NCBI GenBank assembly: GCA_028023455.1
Contig: JAQFVV010000001.1
Span: 7,316,001-7,380,000, forward strand
Direction of reading: 5' to 3'
Source: Epiperipatus broadwayi
Taxonomy: Eukaryota; Animalia; Onychophora
Length of the DNA: 64,000 bases
Made by a program: the position numbers and the translations under genes. The notes under the pieces were generated by a model that made no database searches, had not been told where the DNA came from, and worked only from the letters and a program-made list of their open reading frames with translations. This document shows, piece after piece, positions 1-13,750 of this stretch (position 1 is the first letter of the stretch; every line of letters starts with the position of its first letter).

Positions 1-3000
1 GACATATAGTATGCAATTTAGTGCAGTGGTAGAATGACAGACCTGAGGTAAAAGTTCCATGATTGCAGCTGCAGGCTAACTTTGTTACTTCTGATACTTG
101 AACCAACCATTCAATTACTTAGCACATTCTTATATAAATGGGAAAATGATATGAAAATAATCAAATTCATTTATCTCATTTATAGCTCTCTCTCATGGTT
201 GACATTGATAAAATTATAATTCTCATTCATCCATTTTTTATTTGTAGCATTTTTTTTTTTCTGATTTAATTTATAAGTGCAAAGTTTATTACTAATTTAG
301 CTTTAGTAGCTTCTAAATTTGATAATGAATTTGTTCCTTGTGTTTTGTAAATAAAAATAAATCTCAGTTCTATTTTCAAGTTTTATTAAAATGAAAATAC
401 TTGCAGAGGGAAGTAATTAATTTCTAAAATCTATATATTTAAGAAAATGATTATCTTTATATTGTAAACAAATGTTAATTGTGTGCGGTAGATGTACTTA
501 GAGGCATAAATATTTAATCTTGTAAAATCTTCACTGAATTTATGATAGCTGACTATTCAGTTAGTGAATTGTGTAGATCAGCATCAGTGATCTTTATAAT
601 TAAATTTATTATTGATGCTAATAAATCGACCTGTGGTTATATTTGTTTAAATAATAGTAGAAATATGATAAAAGTAACCTTTGATACACTTCATATTACT
701 TTTTAATAAATGCAACAATTTATAAAATGGCTGAATTGGTAGAAAGAGAATATGTCTGATACCTTACAAATCAAATGAACTGATACAATCAAACTGATTT
801 TAACATTTTTTAAAAGCTTCCATATTGGTTGTTAAATATTTTTAGAAATGAAGATACTTATAAAGATGAATTCATTCTATTCTTGATCTTTTGTTTAACA
901 TTTAGAATGCTTTTAATTTATAACCTCAGGGAATGTGATTTACTCCCTTTGTTTATGTGTTTAAATAATGTACTTTTATTCCACCACATACACTTCAAAA
1001 GTGAAAAAAAAAAGACATTTAATTGCATTTGTTTATTACTTTTCCATGATATGTAGCAGTGCTTTCCATATAAGCTTTGTTTCTATAGCACATCAAATGT
1101 AGACTATTGTGGAAGTAAATTTGGTGCATTGAACTTTCTGGTTAAAGTAATACTGTAACCAAAAAACAATTTTTATTGGTAATCAGAAAGAAAAATTTGT
1201 AATAAAAATTTACATATGGTTATTCTGTATATAAATACAAAATTGATACTTCTTTAATCTTGAACTGCCCAATGTAGAGTCTTTAATTTTCATTTCATAA
1301 TTGTTTTTATATTAGTGATTTATGCTTTGTTCAGCATTCTTTGTAAGAATGGAAGTTTTGTTTTTTATAAAAATTATTTTCATAAATAAAATTGATAAAA
1401 AACAAAACGTGGTCATGATTGATATTCAAGTTTGGAAACTGTCTTATTAGTTTCATTAATTAATTTCTGGTGAAAATGAAACTGTCTTGAGTCAATTTCA
1501 ATTTTTTTTTCAGTACATTATTATCACATTATGAAAACTACTAAATAGTGACTTAAATCAAAATATTTTATACAAAAATTTTTTGTTTATTTTTCTATAA
1601 CAGTTTATATTTAAATTCCTGAATAATAATTTTTTTTTCAAAACTAAAACAATTTCTGATTTATTTTTTCTTAATGGGGAGAGAGTTAAATTTAATACAA
1701 TGGTTGATAAATATTTTGTATTTCACCATTATATATAAATTAAACAATCCATCTAACAACTTATCTAATAACAGACATGTGCATTATTTTTCTACACCAT
1801 TGAGCACTAATAAGTATATACTAATCTTTGTTTTCACTTACATTTCAATTTCTCAAGCTTTTTTCATAATTTTTTTTTTGGTTGATAATTCTGAAGATAA
1901 TTAATGAGATTTGTCTGGAATGTTTATTGTAATAAGGATAAATTTTTTCATTCAAAACAAAAAAGAAAACAATAGTTTATAGGTTATGATTAAAATATTT
2001 ATGAATGAAGATAATATGAGCTTTGTCTTAAATACACTGTAAGAAAGTAAATATACTTAAAAATCTATGGAGCAAAGCTTTAATGAATAGTTTAGCTTAA
2101 AAGTGCTTAGCTAGCTTTCGACTGGTTTGCTCCATACGTTTTTGCGAATATTTATGAATGGAAAAAACTTTTTTTAAAACAGATGTAGGTGAATTTAGTT
2201 TAAATAAAAAAGTCACACACACATATATACACTTCTTTTTCTTTATAAATCTTTTCCATAACATTACTCTTTTCATCTGATCCATAGTTGGAAATGTGAA
2301 GTATTAATAACATGAGTTTTAATACAGATGAAACTTAAGAATGAGATGTGAATTATATTGAACAATATATTATTTATTGTTGCCTTAATATAAATATGTT
2401 TATATAAATAAACAAAATAAATAATAAATTACAAATATTTCTTTAATTTTGCAATTATATTTTGAAATGTAGCTAGTAAAAAGAAAATGATAAATGACTG
2501 GATTATGTATGTAGCTGCAGTAATATAATAGAGATGATACTCTTATTTTGAATGTAAAATGGATTTCATACATCTTAAAGACTGGTTAACACAATATCAG
2601 TCAAAATGTTGATGCTCATTTTTTATGCTCATGCTTTAAAATGTGTAAAACATATCCCCTGGACCTTGTTCTGATGAAGAATTGTTAAAAAGTTTCTCAT
2701 CATTATATTTCACTTTAAGTACAATGCTGGTCTGTGTGGTTTAACATGGCAGACTCTGGAACTCAATGCTCATGGATGGTGACTCAGCTTTGTTACTTCC
2801 CATGCTCAAACTTATGATCTTGGTAATAAATCATTCGGTTATTTAATTTTAAATGCTATGCTAAATAAAAGCATAATAAAAGTGTACTCATAGCTTTTTA
2901 AATATAATTCTCTGATTAGTCTATGGTGACCAGATAAGTGGATAATGTGAGGAATAATGAAATCTCCATTGGCTATTGATGAGAGCACAAGCAGGGGCAT

Positions 3001-4371
3001 AGATTACTTTCTCCAATATTCCCTTTTAATGTTGGGAGAAATATATAACATGACTTAAAATTTTACCACTCTTTCCCATCCAAAGGATTTACAGACATAA
3101 TGCCATTTTATCATTTGTCAAAAGAGATCCTCTATCATTAGAATGCATACATATTTATATATAAATCCAGTATAAGATTGAGATTAATATGAATAAATCA
3201 ATCGTGCAGTTACGGAGACATATCTTGTGTCTCTGCATATATAGGTAATAGTGCTTAATATTGATTCACTAATTCAAAGAATTTAGCCATTTACTGTGCA
3301 ATAAATTTATATATAAGATGTGAGAAAAGTGAACGTTGTTTGAAATATTTCACATGACATTAGTCTGCCTTCAAAATTTTTCAATACTATCATTTTTCTC
3401 TATGGTAATTAGAACAAAGCTGCTCCCAAATATGTATGTATTTTTTAATATACACATAAGATTTGATTAATTGATTGGATTTTGCAATAGTAAATATTAA
3501 TATGTACATGCAGTTTTAGCAATAAGCATAATACAAATAATAATAATTTTTAATGGCATATAGTATTTTTAGAAAATAACTTAATTTTGTAAAAGAATTT
3601 TGATTATTTGGGATATTAGATCATGACACATACTTTAGCCAACAAGGATTACTGAAGCATAATTCATGGTAAATAAGTGGATGTATGTTGAAGGACATAT
3701 TTATTTAGTTAATAGTTTAGTTTTAAAAAAAAAATAAAGCTAAAAATTGTTCTATTTTTTATTATTATAATTTAGAAACTAAATATAAATATATGATATT
3801 TAACTAATCATAATATCTATCATTAAACCCATGTTTTTGATCAGTTTTTTTAAATTATAATTTTTATGTCTGATTTTAGTGATCCATTTTGAGATTTTTT
3901 GTTGAAGTTGAATTTTACAGAAGTCAGATTTTTTCTTTAGGTGCATGATTATTATTAGCCATAATGCAGAATATGAAAATATTTTTTAATAAATGAAAAC
4001 AAGCATTTCTGAGGCATTTAAGAAATACTGAGAATTTTTAACATAATTCCAGATTTATATAATTTGGGGTTATGTAAATAGGCAACTATCTGTAAATTAA
4101 TACTATAACATAATTTAAACTTAATCTTATCCATAATACATACATGATTTAACTTAAGGTGAATAGGATGATAGTTAATTAGATTATATTTTAGTCTGTC
4201 ACCCCCTCCCCACACTTACTGTTCTTATATTTGTTTGTTTAATAAGGATAACAATTTAATGATTGTATAAAGTAGTTATAGCATTTAAATTTAATATTTT
4301 TAATGGTTAATATAGATGTAAATTAATTAATACATGGGATCTTTGTTATATAAATGAAGTTAAATCCACAG

Positions 4372-4467
4372 CCAAGATGTATTGAGAGCAACCAATAAGA
4401 CTGGTTCTGCAGGCTGCAAGAAAACAATAGCAAACCTGTTTAATACTAATCAAAGAGAGAGACTTCA
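4372..4467 (+). CDS. Candidate upstream exon of the plus-strand host gene (QDVLRATNKTGSAGCKKTIANLFNTNQRERL)
   Basis: ccacAG acceptor and CA|GTAAAC donor. 96 nt, open in one frame only, phase 2 to 2, compatible with the exon at 22753. Both splice sites are weak. Confidence 0.3.
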
Positions 4468-6929
4468 GTAAACGGGTTTAGGGATATTGTACTTAATGAT
4501 AGTTTCATTTGATATCATATTGAGTGGTCTTGTGTAAAAGTGTCACATACTATATTGATGGTAAGAATGAATGAAAGGGATTATTAGAAACTGTAAACAT
4601 AATTAGATTTTTAATAGTTACATCATATATTAAATAAAAACAATATAGCAGTACTTCATTGTAAGATCTCATATTTTTATAATGGTCCAATAATTATACT
4701 CTACTGTCATCAAGTATCAGTTTGTTTACATTATTTATATAACTGGCATTTAAATATTTAATATTTTTGTATTAACTATTTAATATATTTGTATTAATTT
4801 AATGTTAAATATATTTAGTACTTGTTCTAAAGAATGTGATTGTTCTACAGCAGTTTACAAAATAGCTGAGAGATATTTATAAATAAATCATAAAAAAAAA
4901 TTACTATGAATATAAATAATTATGGAATTTTGTTTGAAACAAGTTTGCTTACAAAGTTTTTTATTTATCTTGATTTTGTATTTACAAAATTAGAAATAAC
5001 TATGAACTAGAGTGGAGTATTTTTAATTGTTGTAGACTTACAATAGCTCCGTTTTTTTATTCAGCTTTTAATTATTTAATATTTATGAGAGAAAAATAAT
5101 AATTCAAAATTATGAAATTTAACAATATGGACTTCTTAAATTTTTTTACTGTACATGATTTGGTTTGTGATAGTTTCTTGAATTTTTCATTTCAGTTTAA
5201 AAAAAAAAAGAATTAATAGCTCTAGAATATTTTGTGTAATGCTGCCCATGTGAAAAGCAGAGTTCTGCTAGGTAAATCTGGATTATCTACAATAAATGCA
5301 TTCTACATAGATGCATTTTTTTGAATATAAACAAATACCGTTTTTAAAATGGCATCCACATTAAGTAAATAATGTTAGCATTTATATTCCAATTCATACA
5401 ACAGAATGTTTTTTTTTTTAATTAATTAAGTCAACTTTTTGACACTAATCTATGATATAAAAGTATTTTTCTGCTTTCATGGGATCATCTATATAAAAGC
5501 ATTTTCATCAATTTAAATTGAGTACTGATTTTAAGATGGCATCTGTATTTAAAAGTTGATCTTTATTTCAGGGTGCATACCTAAAGTTGATATTTCAAAA
5601 TGCATATCTAGAGTTGATAGATGAATTCATGTAAAATATAATAGATTTTTTTTTACTGCTAATATTAACTCACATTATTTCCACTTATTATTAATAGAAG
5701 ATTTTATTACAAGTCTCCCCTGTGAATATATTCTAAATTGTAATTATATATGTTACAGCATATATAAGCGATTTAACCCACTGAAGAAGAAGCTGTCAGT
5801 AGTAACAAAAACAATTAAATTAAATTAATCTAGGCCTAGTACTTTCGAGGTTTTCCCTCATATTCATGACCAAAATTGGTTATAAACCATTGCTCTAATG
5901 TTACTAAATAATAATGTATGCAAATGCGTATACAAATTAATTTGTCCATTTTCTTGAAATAGCAAAACAAGTGTCTCGTCTTTTGATGGCATTGTTATCA
6001 CTGATAATAAAATATGCCTCCTTGATCTTTCTTTTACAATCATTGGCTTCAGAGCACACTATCTTGGGGTTGCAGGGTTATTATTGGTAGTAATAGATTT
6101 CATTTGTACAACAGATATTATTATTTCTTATAATAAAAATTGATTAAAGAAATCCAATATTTTTAAATGCACATATATTGTATAATTAGTCCACAGATAT
6201 TGTATAATTAGTGGACGTGTATTAATATAATATATTATTTTTTAAATTCTATATATTGCTAGTACAATATTTATCGCAATTGAACATTTTGGAAAAAGTA
6301 CCCTCTTGTTTCTCATAAACAATAAACTTTAAATGAATAAATAATATTGGTTTTTATTTTTAAATTTTATTTATATTTGTTTAATTAATTATATTAATAT
6401 AGCAATAAAATGGGAATAATTAATGAAGTATTGTAACAGTCAGAATCATGTGTTCAGCCAACAAGATTCAAAGACCTAGCAAAAGTACTTCAAACTCAGC
6501 ATGTTTGGGATATGGTAGTCGCGTAACAGTACTAAGCTTTAACCCATTTGCCAGTGCTCCAAAATCTCCACTATCCGACCAATGCTTCTAATGTTAGTTC
6601 CAGTGATCTAATGTTAGTTCCAGTGATCAGGGTGAAACAAGGACTCTACAGATTCAAACTCAGCCTCAGTCATGAATTAGTTACTAAATTAATTAATCAG
6701 ATACTCATCAGCTCCCATAAGAACCTAATACTTTGACAATGCTTAGAACACCATTTTTATATACTTCTGGGGTTTTGAGTAGACTCAGATCATTTAACTA
6801 AGTGCGGATATAGTTGGGTGGATATGGTGAACCAGAGAAAGACACAACCAATGTATAAACATAAATATACATAATTTATTAAGAACAAATTCGATAAGAT
6901 ATAGAATAACAATGATATTATTTGGATCT

Positions 6930-7545
6930 CATTATGATCCATGTATGAGCATTACAAATGAACTAGAGATTAATAATCACAACAATATTTGAATATCAGT
7001 ATGACACGTGAATGAGCATTACAAAAGAACTGGGTGTTAATAAAAATAATATTTGGGTATCAGTATGATACATATATGAGCATTACAAATGAACTAGCAG
7101 TTAATGATGATCACAATATTTAGGTATCAGTATGATACGTGTATGAGCATTACAAAGAAACTATATGTTAATAATGATAACATTTGTGATCAATATGATA
7201 GGTGTATGAGCATTACAAATGAACTAGAAGTTAATAATAACAATATTTAGATATTGTGATACGTGTATGAGCATTACAAAGGAACTATAGATTGGTAATG
7301 ATAACAACATTTGTGTATCAGTATGATACGTGTATGAGCATTCCAAAGGAACTGTTTTAATAATAACAACCTTTGTATATCAGTATGATATGTGTGTGAG
7401 CATTACAAAGGAACTAGAAGTTAATAATGATAACAATATTTGGATATCAGTATGATACATGTATGAGAATTATAAAGAAACTATGTTAATAATGATAACA
7501 ACATTATTAGTGTATCAATAGGATATGTGCGTGAGCATTACAAAT
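6930..7545. repeat. Minisatellite, about 10 copies of a 62-67 bp unit
   Basis: Core gtatgagcattacaaa(t/g)gaact recurs at about 6943, 7010, 7074, 7141, 7203, 7264, 7331, 7394, 7460 and 7530. Confidence 0.9.
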
Positions 7546-10500
7546 GAATTATATGCCAATTGTCAAGAGTTGTTTCAATATCTGGTTACATATTATTAAG
7601 TTAGAGGCTGGAAATATATATCTCAAATTGATGTGCGTGTTTTTATACATAGGGGAAGTTAAGTATTTTATTATTATATTTATTTTATTAATCCCAGCAG
7701 GAGTTATGGAACAAAGCATAATTTTAGCTCTCATTATTATTAACAATTACATTATAGACATGGTTTATCTATCCCACATAACATTACTAACAGGCATGAT
7801 TAATAAACTTAATTACAGAAGACAGTGGTATCTGGGTTTGAATTCTGTGCTGACTACATTATTATAGGCATTGGCTGGATAGGCCAATCTCCATTATCGA
7901 GTAATAAGAAATATATATATGTTCCTTTGTAGACACGTCCGCTGTCGGCGTGGTACGTGCAGGAAACTGGAGTGTGGGTTATGAATCACTATTGTCATAG
8001 AGTACCCATTTATTGGCTCAAAAACATGGCTATCTCCAGTACCAGTAAAATATCTGTCTGGCAGTTCACATAGTATTAATCGACATCTATTCATTTATTG
8101 GAAGTATGTAGGCACAGTTTATTCTACCAAGTAACACTGATATACTTGCCAAAAGGCACTAACTCATATATGGTTAGATATCTAAGCCTGTGTTTAAAAT
8201 TTAATAAAACAAGCAATGATGTGAAAATCAAGATAACCATATTTTATAGGCTATAAAATGCCTATGAGCTTAAATATAAAGCTTAATTATGAATTATCAT
8301 AGTAAATCACTAAGGAGGCAATAAGATATGCCTGCTGAGAGAGTATTTTTCCCCTAGGTGAAAGCGTCATTAAATGGATATAGCGGTATGAACATATACT
8401 TTCATAATAAATAACATTGTCTGTTTTACATTTAAGAAAAAAAAGCATGATTATTTCTTTTAACACATAAATAAACGCACACACAGATTATTTCATTTAA
8501 TTGTCATAAAGAATTTCAACCAAATATAAACTAAATAGATGTGGACTTAAATAATGATTTTAGCACTCATTTATTCTTAATTATGTTAACGAGGTATTGG
8601 TTTAATTACATATATACAAGTAGATTGTAAGTTTTAATTCAGATATTTGATTTTCTCTTTTTTTTTTCAAATAAACAAATGACAACATTTTAACTCACAA
8701 GGATCCAGACGAATGATTTAAGAAATTCAAGCGTGCATTTGTTACTTTAAAGTTATAAAATAATTATTACTCTCCCCCCAAAGATTGGAGACAAAACAAA
8801 CAATTTATGCATTAATTGATTTAATAGTAAAATATCATCTCTCCAAATGCTTGTGAGTTGGCATATCAATATAATATAGATAAAGTTAATCAATAAAATA
8901 TATATATTTATATAACTAAAGAAATGGTAAAAAAAATCAATGTTATAAAGTTTATAGAATTTTGTACCATTAACAATTAGAAATTAAGTTCTGACATAGA
9001 CTGATTTGTTATAAAAGAGTTACTACACTTATATATAGATTAATGTCTTTTTTTAAATTACATCTTTCTTTGGAATCAAGTCTTTTTTTACCGAGTAGTT
9101 ATGAATCTGAGGGATTTAAATCTAGACATTATAGAGTTTTATAGAAGGCACTTTAAATATTTTATCTTTAAAGACTAAAAGTTCATACTTGCATTAGAAG
9201 CTGTTTGATGATTACTTTGGTGAGGCAGGATGGTACAACTGTCTTCTTACAAGTTAAAACTTATTTCTGGGCAGGCTTTTTGTTTACTGGACACAGGAAA
9301 GGACTGGATTTGAAGCTGGTACATTCTCCCTTTGCAGCAGCATAATGGAATCGATAGGTTTCTCCACACCAAAGATGCACTCACTTCCTCCAGAGATCAT
9401 CTGACCTGGTGAAGGCTAAACTTGTTCTACTCAAAAGCTATGGTGATAAGTGACATCTGCTTACATTCAATGGTACATTAGATAGTGTTCTAAAGAGAAA
9501 TATAACCCAGTATTTATAAGTCTCTCAAATCTAAAAAAAAAAAATCTTATTCAGCAAAATCAAAAAATCATATTTAGCTATCCCTCCAGCTATCATGTCT
9601 AGAGTTTTTCTTTACTCTTCTTATTTTTTTAAAAAAATATTTTAATTAATTCCCCAGACTCACTTTTGCTGGAAAAGAAAATACACTGCTTGACTAATTC
9701 TTAATTTGCACCAATCTGCAAACCTTATCAAGATTAAAATAAGGTTAGAAAACTTAACTGCCCCCAAAGACAAGAAGTAATTTGCATCTCAATGAAACTG
9801 TATTTTTCCAAATGTTTTATAAAAGTCTTATAGAAATTCTTGCTTTTAGCTGAATGTTTGGCTATCAATTAGTAAAATCTGTTAATTGCAAAAAAAAAAA
9901 AAAAACGAGTCAACTTAATTTTTCCATTTCTTTTGTTAGAAAAACATACAAAACAAAAAAAAAAAATACATTTTTTTTTTCCAAATATATAATTGAAATG
10001 TATTTTAGTGTTAACAATATATATATACATGTACCATCATTCAATCATTTACACACCCACACATATATATATATTATTTTTTAATAGAGGATGAAAAATT
10101 AGCTATTTGATCTATCACCCTAGGTTTATATTATATTTAAATAAATATCATGAGCTCTGTGTGTGCATACACACAGACTGCTTTAATATATCTCTTAATA
10201 AAATAATATTAATTCAGTCATTGGTTACTTCTTATTTAAATGCAATTCTATATTTAAACATGCTCAGTAAGTCAAATGCTTTATTTATATATAAATTTAT
10301 AATCTTTTCTTGTTAAACATGCAACCCTGTGTAAATGTAGAAGTAAAATAATATTAATTATGGTTCATCCCATCTTATATAATAATATATAAATTTGTTA
10401 CTATATCATTCCTGCATGAGTAAAAAAAAAAGCCTATTTTACTTAATTGTCTGAAAGTTTGGAGTTCATTCCACCTCTACTATGAAGTGTTATGTATAAA

Positions 10501-11024
10501 GAAGATTATATATAGTGTTTTGACTAAAGATATGTTTAAGTAATAAAATTCTACAGTGTTTTAACACTAATGATTATTGGTTTTGCCAACTTTTTAATTT
10601 AACTAAAAGGAAGGGGAAATTTACTCAAAAATCAAATAGAACAACTGAAACTAAAAATTAAAGTAGGCAGAGATTACAAGCTAACAAAATACATATTAAT
10701 TTCAGTTTCATTATTGTTTGTTTGCATCCATATACTTAAAAATTATACATTTTAATTTACAGTATAATCGTTTTTTTTTAAAAAAACAAACAAACAGATT
10801 TCTATTAGATTATAGGACAGGGTCTATATTTATACAGTGAGTTCTGATATAATGAATTTATTGATTCCAGATTATTCATTATATTATCCATATATTAAAA
10901 TATATATATGGAAGTAATCTGTTCCAAGCCCATGGTCTAGATCAAACGTAATATGCAAAACCATCATTTAAACTGAAAAAGTCAAAAGTATAAATATTAA
11001 AATACATACAAAATTAATTGCAGT

Positions 11025-11820
11025 ACATACTGCACCATTAGATTTTAATGAAAACTAAAATTTCATTTTTAAAAGCATAAAATAAAAATATATATCTTAC
11101 ACATTATAATAAAATTTACAGATCATCGACTTTGATATCTTCTTGCAAGAAAATTTTTTCCTGTAAATTTTTCAAAATAATGTTCAACATCAGTTTTATC
11201 CATGCTAGCAATGTTACCATGTCTTATAATCCTACATAATGTAGTTCTTTTCCTGAATCTGTTCAACCATAATTTGCTGGTAATGAACTACTTTGAGTCT
11301 TAGCAAAAAAATTCCTTAAATAATTGCTTAACCTTTTCACAAATGATTTGCCTCATTGGTGCTATCACTTAACTTTTAAATTTTATTTAATTTACATCAG
11401 CTGAAGAATTTTTATTCAATCCTTGATGTTACAATCTACACTGCTCAATCTGAAAATCTTTTTCGCTATCTGTGCATTTTTAAATTCAGCTTTATTTTTT
11501 TCAAAATGGTTCAGATTGTTGATTTAGTCATATCATATTTGGAAATTAGATCAAACATTTTACTACTTTTTTTTTTAAAGAAATGATCATTTTGTCACTA
11601 CGTATGGACCTGGTTTCTATACCAATCAACAGAAGTCATTGTACCATTTGCTATTTCAGTCAATAGCTTTCAATGTAGTGATTGCATGTTTAACACTTAG
11701 ATTTCATCATTTTTACCATATGTTTACTTCAAAATTATTACCTTTTTGAAGTCAACATTAATCAGGCTTTTAAATTATTTCCTTTATGATGCACAACTAA
11801 AATTATTGCACTATGTACTA
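11025..11820 (-). mobile_element. Heavily decayed Tc1/mariner-like transposon remnant
   Basis: Clearly homologous to 12640-13010. Minus-strand fragments loosely resemble Tc1 transposase, with possible degenerate TIRs (tacatactgcac / gtgcactatgta-like). Many stops. Confidence 0.35.
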
Positions 11821-12399
11821 TACATCTAGAAGAAGTCATTATATATGAGTCAAAAAATTTATGTAAGAAACTCTTGTCACAGATTTGCCAAAGTTTTAAT
11901 ATTATTAACCATAAATCAGAATAGAATATACTTTTATTCATATAAAAGTTAAATGATTTTTGTAAAGAAAGTATATGATAAAGCAGAGATGTTATCTATC
12001 TTTTGTTCACTTTATATGAATTGAAGAATCTTTTATTGAGCTCATTGTGAAATAAGATATTAGATAATAGAGTATATATATTTCTGTAAACTGATAAGGC
12101 TAATAGAACTGGTTTTACAAAAATTCCACTTTTCAACTATATCAAAATCATAAACATTAGTAATCATAAATCAGAATAGGCATTAAACCATATGAGCATT
12201 TTTATACATAAAATATTTGCCTCAACTATTTATTGTATCTAAGCAATCAAAGATTCTTGAAATTAATGGATAATACTAAATTTTTTATATACACATTAAG
12301 TTTTTAAAGCGTATTTCTATATTTATTATCCAATTTAAATTAAAAATTATAGAAATTAATTGGTCCCTGAATGTCATTCGTTATATCATTCATTGTAGC

Positions 12400-13614
12400 T
12401 TTTATTGAAATACATTTATTTAGGAATAAACCATTATATTGAAGTTATCAGCAAAAAGAATTATTTAACAGGAAAAATATGATACGCAATCCAAAAATAA
12501 AAATGTAAAAATACATATGCAATTGATTTCTGTGTAGGCATAAAATAAAAACAATAAAACTTAACAGATTGTAGCTCTCAAAATTTCCATTTTTTTTACA
12601 TGAATTTTTTTTTTAATTTTATGATATAATGTTCACCTGCAATATCTGAGCTAGCAGTCTCATTATGCCGTACAATGCTATGCAGCTTAGTTTTTTTCTT
12701 GAATCCTACGAAATATACTTTACTGGTAATAAACTTCTTCATTGGAAGATCATCTTATACAGTGTCTTAGCAAAAAATTCAAGCAATTGCTTGGTTTTTT
12801 TTGCAAATGATTGCATCATTGATACTATCTTCCATTCACTATTGATTAATTCTCATCAGCAAAAAAGTTTCCAATTGAACCCTAATATTACTATGTCAGA
12901 TGCTCAACTTGGAAATCCCTTTTGCTATCGGTGCATTTTAAAATTTGTTATTATTTTTTAAAACAATGCAAATTATTGCTTTAGTTATAATATTTAGAAC
13001 ATAAATCACTGATCATTTTACAACTTTTTATTTTAGAAATGATTTTTTTCTTACTTCAAAATTGATTCATTTTTTGATTTTTTCTGATTCATTATTAAAA
13101 TTACTATTTTTACATGCATGAAAAGTATTAAAAAAGCTAGAAAAGGTGAATAAATTGCAAAGAAGAACTAAATGTTAATAAGATCACAAAACTTAGGAAA
13201 GATATCTTATGCTTTATTCAAAACTGAAATGCTCTGAAAAGTTTTAAGCACATGGTTTCCATACTTGAAGTAATATTGATTATTTCAGTCAATGGTGTGA
13301 TTGATTTAACAATTTCATGTTTGTATTTGGATTAAGTCATTTTTTTTTGAATTCATAATTCATTTCATAATTTTTTTTTTTTAATATTAACATTAATCAG
13401 ATTTCAAATTCTATGTTTATGGTTTCTGACCATAATTATTATAGTATAAGCATCTAGGAAAATACTTCTAAAAATATATATATATATACAATATTTCCAT
13501 TGATAGGATTTAGCAATTTCATGTCTAGGACTTAGGTTTTAGTCAATTTTTTTTAATCAATATTAATCAGCTTTCAAATTCTGCATTTATGGCTCATGAT
13601 TCAAATTATTGTAG
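12400..13614 (-). mobile_element. Second decayed Tc1/mariner-like remnant, abutting the Tigger left end
   Basis: Minus-strand KTKQLLEFFAKT resembles the Tc1 K..RL.FAK.H motif. Shares sequence with 11140-11560. Confidence 0.35.
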
Positions 13615-13750
13615 TACAGGCAGTCCCTTAGTTACAAACACTTGAATTATAGAAATTTCACTATTACATAATCACTTTTGGACTTTAGATCTTTATCTAT
13701 GCACATACTTTCATGTATAATTAGTGCTATATACTGTAGAAAGAAATGGG

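Noticed and set aside
1-75. A-box-like GTGCAGTGGTAGAATG at the window start
   Set aside because: No convincing B box or cloverleaf follows.
2060-2140. TATGGAGCAAA inverted repeat near a GAAAGCTAGCT word
   Set aside because: Only an 11-bp stem and no CUGANGA/helix II arrangement; likely repeat debris.
5571-5630. Possible exon after tttatttcAG (GAYLKLIFQNAYLELIDEF)
   Set aside because: The donor is weak and the phase does not fit the exon chain.
6930-7545. Regularly spaced repeats resembling a CRISPR array
   Set aside because: The spacers are homologous to each other, making this a tandem minisatellite. The context is eukaryotic and there are no cas genes.
9220-9460. GC-richer island with partially open frames
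   Set aside because: Stops in every frame, no recognisable motif and no clear splice pair; probably unclassifiable TE debris.
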